Shown: piece by piece, positions 10,480 to 23,687 of the stretch
Layout: each line of letters opens with the position of its first letter
Numbering within the stretch: the first letter of the stretch is position 1
The notes under the pieces: generated by a model
Told to the model about the DNA's origin: nothing
Database searches by the model: none
Seen by the model: the letters and a program-made list of their open reading frames with translations, nothing else
Translations under genes and position numbers: made by a program
DNA from: Octopus vulgaris
Lineage: Eukaryota
Assembly (NCBI GenBank): GCA_951406725.2
Contig: OX597817.1
Location: forward strand, 96,472,001-96,536,000
Direction: 5' to 3'
DNA: 64,000 bases

Positions 10480-12480
10480 GCATTTAATACTGGATTCATG
10501 GATAAAGAATATACTTATTCTTTCAAAAGACACATTTTTATTACTGTTACTTCAGAAGACTAATGATTTAATAAAAGCAATGAGATGACAGGCTTTCTTC
10601 TACAATAACAAACCTACTTTAAAAGAACAATATAATAGTAATTACAGTCTCAAATCTTAAAGAAATCCACCACACAACCCATTATTGAATGAATTTGAAA
10701 ATGCAGTATTAGAAATAGTTAAATCTATTAGATTCTCGAAGTCTACTTTCAAATACCAACAAAATTTATCAAAAATAGTTAACCAAATTATTAAATCACC
10801 TAAAGTACATGTCTTTTCTGATAAGACTGGAAATATATACTCCATTACCCCAAAACAATACCAAAACTTTATCCAAAAAAACTATGAAAATCATATAACA
10901 TTACAAACACGTCCAACTTAGAGTTACATTGTAAAATTATGCACAAACTGGAAGTTGAAGATCATACTGAAATATATACTCCGAATACACCACGCTTCAA
11001 TGTAAAAGACCATAAGTCTGATTTTAATATCAACCCTACTATAAGAGTAATTTGTCCAACCAAGTCAGATCTCGGAAGAATCAGTAAAGATATGTTAGTA
11101 TTATACCTACTGCAAAGAAAAAACTCAATTATAACCTTTGGTTTAGCACAGGATAAGTTATAACTTGGTTTCATTTACTACCAAATAAGGCTGATTCTTC
11201 CGTCTTGCAATTTGATATTAACAATTATTATGCCTCTTTACCACCGATCATATTAAGCAAAGCTACAATTTTAGCTAGAAGTCTCTAATATTACACCACT
11301 TGAAATTGATTTAATATTATTAGCTAGAAAAACACTTATTAAATTTAGCAATAAATTATGGTGCAGAGCTACAAATAATAATTTATTTCATATCACCATG
11401 GGATCTTCTGATTCTGCACAAGTTACAGATTTGGTAGGCTTATATCTATTGCATAAGACTAGACAATATTTCCTTCTCTCAAAGGAAGATTATATAAAGA
11501 TGATACTCTCCTGATATATAATGGATGCTCCAAAAGAAAAATAGGAAAAATAAGAGAACTTTATAATTTCTTTTAAAATGTTGGTTTATCTATTTCCTTT
11601 GAAGAAAGCTATTGTAAAGCAAATTTTTTGGATGTAACTCTAGACTTCAATACCTTAACTTATTCTCCTTTCCACAACCCTAATGAATACTTCAAATATA
11701 TAAACATTCATTCGCACCATCATAAATCATTACTAAAGAGCATTGTATATGGTATATCCATTAAAATTTCAGATATTTCCAATAATGAAGAAATATTCAA
11801 TAACCATGCAAACTATTATGATCAAGCTTTAGTTGCAAGTGGATCTAAGTAACATATTATATATATAAAAGATACAGAACTTAAGAATTATATACCAAAT
11901 ATTAAATTAAAACATACAAATAACTTTATTTCTAACAATAATACTCAAAAAATAAAAAAATGATCAAACTTCTGTAAGCATGACAAAAAAAAACCAATAA
12001 ATGCTATAGTAGACATAGAACTGAATATAAGAATAATAACAAAAAATATTCAGGAAATACCATGCAATTTCCAAAATTAGTTTATAACTATAATAAATTA
12101 CTTAGTATGAGTGGAAATTGGGAAATTATTTGGTACACACCCCCATTTTCAATAAATGTTAAAGGACTCATAACAAAATTTCTTGACATCGTAAAAAATA
12201 GTTTTCCTAATAATCATATCTACATATATTTAATAGATCAAATATTAAAATTTCTTTTTCCATATTGCCAAACATAGGATCAATTATCGCCAGCTCTAAT
12301 AAATGAAAGCTTAATGAATATAAATATACTTTAGAAAATAATACTAACAACAGTAATACTAGTAATGAAATACACAATAGTCCTAGAACACTAAATAATA
12401 CTCAGTATAATACTAGTTCAAGAGGTACATTACGGGAATACACAGCAATACTATAACATTAACCGAATCTCAACAAAATT
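10480..12480 (+). mobile_element. Degenerate AT-rich Penelope-like element (Nematis-like)
   Basis: Fragmented ORFs: VFSDKTGNIY, NVKDHKSDF...IRVICPTKSDLGRISK, MGSSDSAQVTDLVGLYLL, FLDVTLD...YINIHSHH, IIWYTPPFSINVK. Many stops. Confidence 0.8.
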
Positions 12481-12490
12481 CCAATACTTA

Positions 12491-12850
12491 TCATCATCAT
12501 TTATGTCTGCTTTCCTTGCTGGCATGGGTTGGATAGTTTGACTGAGAGCTGGCAAGCCAGAATCTGATCTGGCAAAGTTTCTACAGCTGGATGCCTTTTC
12601 TAACACCAACCACTCAGCCAGTCAGCTGGCTCTGGCAACTACCCCACCGAATGTTGCTTTTTATGTGTCACCAGCACAGGACCAGTCAGCCGGCACTGTT
12701 ATTGACTACGCTCAAATGTTACTTTTTATGTGCCACCAGCACAGGAGCCACTCGAGCAGCACTGGCAACAATTGTGCTCGCATGGTGTTTTTTATGTGCC
12801 TCTGGCGTGGGACTAGTCACGCAGCTCTAGCATCAAGCACACTCAAATGT
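12491..12850 (-). mobile_element. RTE LINE 3' end fragment
   Basis: (CAT)n tail plus GCTGGCATGGGTTGG terminus and repeated GGTGGCAC..AAAAGCACC units, shared with copies at 29213, 31779 and 49064. Confidence 0.75.
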
Positions 12851-13207
12851 AATATGTATATATGTAATATATATGTATATATGTAATATATATATATGTG
12901 TGTAATATATGTATATATGCAATATATATATGTGATATATGTATATATGCAATATATATATATATATATGCAATATATATATATGTAATATATGTATATA
13001 TGCAATATATATATATATGTATATATGTATATATGCAATATATATATATATGTAATATATGTATATATGTATATATGCAATATATATATATATGTAATAT
13101 ATATATATGTATATATATATGTAATATATATATGTATATGTAATATATATAAATATATATATGTCATATATGTATATATGTCGTATATATATATATATAT
13201 ATATAAA
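12851..13207. repeat. Compound (TA)n/ATATG microsatellite
   Basis: Directly visible low-complexity array. Confidence 0.95.
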
Positions 13208-13881
13208 TTAGAAAAAAATCACCTTTTATCAATTCAAAATGAAATATTAAATTACACCATCTAGAAAATTACTTATAATAGAAAGATTAAATATACGATA
13301 AAAATTATAATGATGATTAAGTAATGTGCAAAATAATAAATACAACGTATATATTTGGTATAATAACGACAGACGTCGGTTATTTAATAAACATCCAAAT
13401 AAAGTCTAATACCCATTAAGCAATTAATACTTAAAACTTTAATGTTAATTAATATACACAATGCTAGTACAAGCTATGAATACTGGAATCAAAAATAGGA
13501 AATGGTTCAAATATACACACACCCATTATATAAACTAACTATATAGTTAATATATATGTAGTATCTATAGATTTAATATATCACTCAATAGTATAGTTGA
13601 CCAAAATAACAATTAATATAAAAACTAATATACTTAAATGTAATACTACTTGATAAATATACAACCTAATTATTAAATAATGTATTGTCTAACAAAATTA
13701 ATTCTCAAATTAAATTATATGTAATACGTTAAAACAAATCTTATTAAAGAGATTTTAAATATAATTGAAATATTCAGTAGGGATAATAAAAAAATATTAG
13801 AACATTTTTTTCTAATGATAATTTTGGAGTTGAGTATTCAACTACTAATAATGTTGGTAATATTATTTCTTCATTTCGTAT

Positions 13882-14381
13882 ATGGTGGGTGCTAGTGAGG
13901 CGGTTGGTGTTGGAGAGGTAAGGGCAAGTGCGGCAACGTGGGCGGGAGCAGGGGAACGAGCCGGGTTGGGAGGTAGGGTCAGGGAAGGAGCTATGGACCA
14001 AAAGGTCTCGAAGGTTGTGGGCTCGTTTGAAAGAGGGGAGGGGTCGGTTAGGGAAGAGGTGTGAAGTGGACGGGTCGGACTGGAGATGACGGAAATCTCG
14101 AAGAATGGTGCGTTGGAGACGTAGGGTCGTGGGGTGCTAAGTGAGGGGAAAAGGGAGGCGGGAGACTACAGGGCGGGTTCGGGGAGAGAGAGCAGATACA
14201 CAGTCCACGGACCGTGCTCTGGCAAGGGCGGTGTGGATAGTGGTGAGTGGGTATCCACGTAGGGTGAAGTGGTGAGCCATACGTTGAGACTGAGTCTCAA
14301 AGTCATGGTCCGTCATTACAGAGCCTACGTAGACGGAGGAATTGGGAATAGGGGATGGAAAGCTTGGTGTGTTCTGGGTGG
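13882..14381 (-). mobile_element. Inverted ~500 bp copy of the PLE at ~3389-3890
   Basis: Its reverse complement matches the RT-thumb and Cys-knuckle region of the first PLE. I count about five substitutions by eye. Confidence 0.92.
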
Positions 14382-14382
14382 G

Positions 14383-17014
<2,632 letters not shown>

Positions 17015-20000
17015 AAACAAACCATCAACACAAGGAAAAGGGATGGACCACGCACCACCTGCCCCAAAATGGAGGTACGCAGATGTGGTGCATGCCACAA
17101 ACCGCCAACATGATGTTGTTGAAAGGGCAGCTGCTGAGCAGCAATCTTCTTTGTGCATGGCACAAAAGATTGTACAGCAGCTGACCTGGCTTCATCAAAC
17201 CCAAGCTCGCAGGTGGGACTACCCACTATATACAAGACCACCACAGCAAACAGACCCAGGATGGACACCGCCGGCAACAACATAAACCTCACCTCGATGC
17301 TCCTACTGAACATCAGAGGACTGCAAACACTCAGTAACAGGACAAAAATCCCGTTCTTGAGAGACTTTGTTGCATGCAATCAAGCCTTATGAATAGCACT
17401 TACGGAAACACACCTGAAACCGGACATAGCAGATGCGGAGTTACACATACCACAGTATGTTGTACTACGGACCGACAGAAAAGAAAGGAGTCATGGAGGA
17501 GTTGCTATGTACATCCGTGAGGACCTCACACCCCAGGTCCTCTTGTCATACTCAAACTCGGTGTGTGACACACTAATTGTACATATAAGGCAACTTGATG
17601 TAGTTGTGTGTGCTACATATCGCCCTCCAGATGCCCCAAGCCATGTGGGAAAGTTTGAAGACTGCCTTATAAAAATAGAAGAAGTTCTAACCACATTAGA
17701 ACAACACATAAGTGTGCTTCTTATGGGAGACTTCAATCTACCCAATGTCAGATGGCCCGAGGGCCTTTCTCTCCCAGGAATGACAAGATGTGAACGAGGA
17801 CAGGCGAGGTCCCTCCTGAACCTCATCAACACCCTGTACATGGAGCAAGTAATACTCCAACCAACCAGGGCAGGTAACACACTGGATCTCTGCTTCACAA
17901 ATGACATGGATCTCATCCATAATGTGAAAGTGACACTGACACTGCTCTCAGATCACAACATGGTAGAGCTGACCATGTACGGGCCAAAAGAGAGCACGGA
18001 CATGCAGCCTACAAGAAACCCTCAGAATCTTTCCAGCTTGAACTACCATAAGGCAAACTGGAAACAAATTGAGAAAGAGATCCTCAAACAAAACTGGCCT
18101 AAATGTCTCTCCTCGCCAGACATCGACGGGAAACTTCAACAATTCATGTCTGTAATGCAAGCCATATGCTACAAATGTGTCCCAGAGAGAAAGGCCACTG
18201 TACACAAGAACAAAATCCCCAGAGAGAGGAAAATTTTAATGAGACGGCGTACAAAAATTTCAAATCGCCTAAACAAACAGATTGAAAGCAGTGAAAAGTC
18301 CCGCCTAAAAATAAAACTGTTGGAAATTGAAAAATGTCTGCAACTCTCCCATGAAAAGGAAAGAGCAAACAAAGAAGCCTGGGCTATAGACAACATAAAA
18401 TCTAACCCCAGAGCTTTCTACAGGTATGCCAAAGAAACAGCTACGGTGCACTGTAGAATAGGGCCACTCCTTGAAAAGGATGGCACACTTACAGGAAAAC
18501 CAATGAGGGTAAGTGAAATACTGAATGAGCAATTCAAGAGTGTTTTCACTCCACCCCTTCGGCATCTCCAAATCACCAATCCAACTGACTTTTTTACCAC
18601 TGCAGATATAAAATCAGAGGCGGCGACGATAGATTACATCGATATAAAGGAAGACGATGTAATAAAGGCTATAGATGAAATGAAAACAGACTCAGCTACT
18701 GGTCCCGATGGATTCCCGGCAATCCTCCTAAAAGCATGTAAGAGAGTCCTAGCAAGACCACTGCAGTTCCTCTTTCAGAGCTTCCTTGCAGCTGGCAAAC
18801 TTCCAAGAAAACTGAAGGAAGGTAAAATATGCCCCATTCATAAAGGAGGTAGCAGAGCGGAGGCCAAGAACTACAGACCTATCTCTCTGGCCTCACACAT
18901 CAGCAAGGTCATGGAACGAATAGTCAGAAGGAAACTGATCACCTTCCTTGAAGAAAATGACTTGCCGCCCGACACCCAACATGGTTTCCGACCAGGGAGA
19001 AGCTGTTTAACTCAGCTCCTACAACACTTTGAGTGTGTGCTGTACCGGCTGCTCAACCGCACAACTGTGGAAGTGATATATCTCGACTTTGCAAAGGCCT
19101 TTGATAAAGTCGATCATGGAATGATATGTCACTAACTGCGTGATCTCAACATAGTTGGAAAACTGGGAGAATGGCTTCATGACTTTCTGAAAGATAGAAG
19201 TCAGGTGGTAGTAGCCAATGGGGCCACTTCCATTAACACGCAAATAGTGAGCGGTGTTCCGCAGGGCACTGTTCTGAGACCACTACTGTTCATAATGGCC
19301 CTCTCAGACATGCCCTCAGCCACGCAGAGAGCCACGATCACAAGTTATGCAGATGATACAAAAGTTTCACAGGCAATACAGAACCCTGAGGACACTAAAT
19401 GCCTGCGATGTGAGCTGGACAAAATATACAAGTGGGCTGAAAAGAATAGCATGCAGTTCAATGCTGAAAAGTTTCAAGCTTTATACTATCAGCATGCAAA
19501 ACTAAATGCAATACCCAATGAATACACTGGACCCGGAGGAATAGCAATCCCAGAGGCACAATCAGTGCGTGACCTGGGTATTTACATGAGTGATGACGCA
19601 ACCTTTCATGTACATGTTGCTAAATTTGCAATGAAATGTAGACGACTGGCCGGATGGATTCTCAGAACCTTTAGAACAAGAGAACAAGAAACCATGATGG
19701 TCCTCTGGAGGACACTTGTCCTAAGCCACTTTGACTATTGCTCTCAGTTATGGTCACCATCCAGTGTCAAGTTGATCACAGAGCTCGAGGCGATCCAGCG
19801 TAGCTACATGAAGAAGATAGCCTCTATGCAGAATGTAAGCTACTGGGAAAGACTCAAGAGATTAAAACTATATTCCTTGGAGCGTAGGCGGGAAAGATAT
19901 GCCATAATATACATCTGGAAGATCCTGGAGGGACGTGTCCCAAACTTTGGCATCGAGAGTTACACAAATGCCAGAACTGGGCGCCAATGCGTGGTGCCTA

Positions 20001-20250
20001 GGACTCCAAATTTGCCATCAAGATGTAGGACAAGATACTGTGATAGCCTGGGCTTCTGAGGCCCACAGCTCTTCAATATCCTCCCGAAGAACCTGAGAGA
20101 CCTGCATGGGGTGGATGCAGATGTCTTTAAAATGAAACTGGATCTCTTCCTGTCAGGTGTCCCAGATGAACCAACTTCACAGCAGGCGGTGCAGATGAGG
20201 GCAGCTGCATCGAACTCTCTCATACACCAAATGGCAGTTGCTAAATGGCG
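17015..20250 (+). mobile_element. CR1-group LINE: probable end of ORF1 plus complete ORF2 (APE-RT) with three in-frame stops
   Basis: [32 protein letters not shown] (APE). GPDG, NYRPISL, QHGFRPGRSC, YLDFAKAFDKVDH, SGVPQG, SYADDT (RT). ORFs 17153, 17507, 19205 and 20111 all share one frame. Confidence 0.93.
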
Positions 20251-20352
20251 ATTTATTTATTTATTTATTTATTTACTTTATATTAAAATTTTTTTATGTA
20301 TTGATTAAGTCTTTCCTTGTTTGATTTGCAAAATAGTGGTTTTACTCTCTAA

Positions 20353-20394
<42 letters not shown>

Positions 20395-20649
20395 GTATAT
20401 ATATATATATATTATGTATATATATATATGTATATATATGTATATATATGTATATATATATACGTATATATATGTATATATATAAAATAAAAACATGAGC
20501 GAGGATCAGCGGTACATATGTTTGGGCCTTTATATATATATATATATGTTATATTCTTGGTTGGGATGCAAATCCTCTCGTCCCGTATATATATATATCT
20601 CTTCCTTCCTCAACCCAATTTTATATGTATATATATATATATATATAAT

Positions 20650-20694
<45 letters not shown>

Positions 20695-20740
20695 AATTTT
20701 TTGCGTAATGAGATAAAAAATCAAGAACATTTATAGATAG

Positions 20741-20792
20741 GTCTTACAGCTATTTCCAGGATATTTATTAAGTATATCCCTTCATCGGAGAC
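20741..20792 (-). ncRNA. Minimal hammerhead-like motif, CCGAUGA core variant
   Basis: Minus strand: GTCT-CCGATGA-A-GGGATAT acttaataa ATATCCT-G-GAAA-TAGCTG-TA-AGAC. Stem I GUCU/AGAC, near-palindromic stem III. Confidence 0.62.
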
Positions 20793-21032
20793 GGTGTATA
20801 CTTAACCATCCTCTCACATATGTCCTAATATCTACACACCCTTGGATTTTTATCTCATTATGCAAAAAATTCTTATATACACATGCTGACATTTGACCAA
20901 TGTTTAACTCATTATTTGCAAAATCACTGAACCTGGAATTTAACTAGGGTCTGTCTACAGCACTTATTCAGCATCACCTGACACCTTTGGGTCTCAATGA
21001 CACCATTACCTCTTATAACCTATATATATATA

Positions 21033-21075
<43 letters not shown>

Positions 21076-21549
21076 ATATATATATATTGACTCTAAGGGG
21101 AGTGATATAGTAGTGGGCGAATGGTCAGTTAGTGGCAGTCCTAAGCTACATGCTCTAAGTCCAATAAGTCTGTATGTACGTGTGTGTCTACATACTTATC
21201 TACTCTCACATATATAAATGAGTCTATTTCCCAACTACATGCACCTTTTTCTGTATATGTTTACACGAGAGTACGTATGTATGCTTGTATGCGTGCGTAT
21301 ATGTGTGTATGTATCCAATGCGTGTATGTATGTACATGCTGACCACTAGACACATAACGAGGAACTAGATAAGCGGTTTAACCAGACAACTCTAATTTAC
21401 AATACACTAGGTCCCCAGACGCCCCGGTTGATTTATGACACCCACGGCTTCTACAACCAGAATATGTCATTTTCCTGACCACCATGTTGGTCCGTAACAA
21501 CTTTATATCCCTTATCCTTATATTCTTTTACATTTTTATATTCTTATAT

Positions 21550-22112
21550 GATTTGATTTTGATTTGATTTTGATTTTTCCAGTTTCAGCTAATGAGCTGT
21601 GGCCATGCTGGGGCACCGCCATTTGGTTTGCTACACGATTTTACCTCACGGATGCTTTTTAGCAAACGCCATCTGATGCATGAGAGAGTTCGATGCAGCT
21701 GCCCTCATCTGCACCTCCTGCCGTGAAGTTGGTTCATCCGGGACACCTGACAGGAAGAGATCCAGTCCTACTTTAAAGACATCCGCATCTACACCATGCA
21801 GGTCCCTCAGGTTCTTCGGGAGGATATTGAAGAGCTGTGGGCCTCTGAAGCCCAGGCTATCACAATATCTTGTCCTACATCTTGATGGCAAATTTGGAGT
21901 CCTTGGTACTACACAGTGGCGTCCGGTTCTGGCATTTGTGTGACTCTCGATGCCAAAGTCTGGGACAAGTCCTTCCAGATATATATTATGGCATATCTTT
22001 CTCGCCTACGTTCCAGGGAATAGAGCTTTAATCTCTTGAGTCTTTCCCAGTAGCTCATATGCTGCACAGAGGCTATCTTCTTCGTGTAGCTTCGTTGGAT
22101 CGCCTCAAGTTC
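21550..22112 (-). mobile_element. 5'-truncated copy of the CR1-group LINE with intact 3' end
   Basis: ORF 21646..21891 (PSRCRTRYCDSLGFRGPQLFNILP) is nearly identical to 20010-20240. It ends in a stem-loop plus (AAATC)n tail. Confidence 0.9.
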
Positions 22113-22530
22113 TATCCTTTATATTTCTGATAATTTTTTATATCTTTTTATAACTTTATATCTTTATATTCATTTATACTTTTTTATATCTCTTTATACT
22201 TTATATTTTTATATTTCTATTCTTTTATCTTTCACATTTTTATATTTTTTTATCCTTCATCCTGAATTCTCGCCCCTCCATCTTTATCCCTATTTACTCT
22301 TATTACCAGGTTCCTTCACGTCTGTCTGTATTTATATATGTATATATTTATTTATTCATTTATTTATATTACCTCAACATCCAAGCTTCCTCATTCTACA
22401 TTGAGAGAAGGACGAGATGGATGCTTCATTTTTGTGCTGGTGCCGCATTATGTCGTACGCGAATGAGAGGATTTGCATCCCCAATGTAGAATTTTTGATG
22501 TAATACATGTCCTTGAGGTAGTAATTGTGC

Positions 22531-22608
22531 GTGGCTGAAGAAGGCCATAGACACACATTATGCATTGTTATAAATCCGTCTAATAAAGGCCCGAAACATA
22601 TGTACCGC
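22531..22608 (+). ncRNA. Type I hammerhead-ribozyme motif
   Basis: GTGG-CTGAAGA-AGGCC...GGCCC-GAAA-CATATG-TA-CCGC. Palindromic stem III, stem I GUGG/CCGC. A truncated inverted copy lies at ~20484-20532. Confidence 0.7.
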
Positions 22609-22689
22609 TGAATCCTTGGCATCATGTTTTTATTTTGATTAATTTACATACATATATATATACATAAACAACTTATATTTAAGAATTTA

Positions 22690-23675
22690 CAAAAAGTTGT
22701 AGAAGAATAACTAACCTGTCTTTCTGATATTTTGGTATGGGGAGTTTTTTCAAGTGTGTCTATAGTATGCTTGCTTGTTTTCTTTGTATGGGGAGGCGAG
22801 TCCAGAGCTTGGGCCTTTTTCCTCTTGTGTGATGTAACCATGGTAAAATCCATTTTTTCTTCTGTTACAGGAGTTGTGTCTTCTGTTTTTCTTGTACTCC
22901 TTGTGTTTTTTGTGTCTTTCCTTGTGTTGTTTTTTGTTTCTCTTCTTGACTTTTCATTTCTTCTACTGATTTTTCTATCTTTGCCATTTGTTCCTCTTCT
23001 CCCTTTTCTTGTGGTTCTTTTTGGTGTTCTTTTTGAGGAGGGGTTTCACTCTTTTTTTTTGTTTTGCATTGAAAGCAGACATGGTTCTTTTCACCATACT
23101 TAAAGCAGTATGGCTTATGCGCCTGAACTGCAAGTCTCACACTCAGCCCCTCCCCTATAATTACCCTATCAGGCAGCCCTTCCAATACTTCAGGTGAGGC
23201 CTGGACCACAATCTCAAGGGTCTGTCTCTTCCAATATTCAGCCTCCTTCTTCTTAATCTGCAATATCACCATTTTCTCCTACATATGTTACAGCTGCTGC
23301 TGCTATCTAGATGACATCGTGCCCTGCAGGTATCTCTTCTGTAATTTTTGCCATTCGTCTACCCAAATATGTGGGCAGTAAGATTATTTACTCATTTTTT
23401 AAAGTCCTTGTAGATAACTCCTTCGCTGTGTTCTCGTTAGCAAACTGCACCTCCACTGTGGTGCTCCTTGTATCACATCCAATATATACAGTCTTACAAT
23501 CTTATTCCAAATCAGTGCCAAACACCTTTCAATTATTTCACTTTTGCTAGTCATAATCTTTTTTCTCTTACATTATAAGTTTTGTAAACTACCATTTTTG
23601 CCACTAAATTCTGAACAGTTTCCTGCAGGGGTAGTAAATTTGTATCATTTCTGTTTTTCTTCACTAAATTTTGAT
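22690..23675 (-). mobile_element. L1/Tx1-like ORF1 remnant (continues at 27110-~27520 across the RTE-like insertion)
   Basis: LPDRVIIGEGLSVRLAVQAHKPYCFKYGEKNHVCFQC (degenerate CCHC knuckle) and a Lys/Glu-rich tail. The sequence is continuous across the 12-bp TSD. Confidence 0.55.
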
Positions 23676-23687
23676 ACTTTAATAATT

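Noticed and set aside
17390-20059. Selenocysteine or readthrough recoding of the in-frame stops in the CR1-group ORF2
   Set aside because: One stop is TAA, and the second copy has AGA at another, so these are ordinary nonsense mutations.
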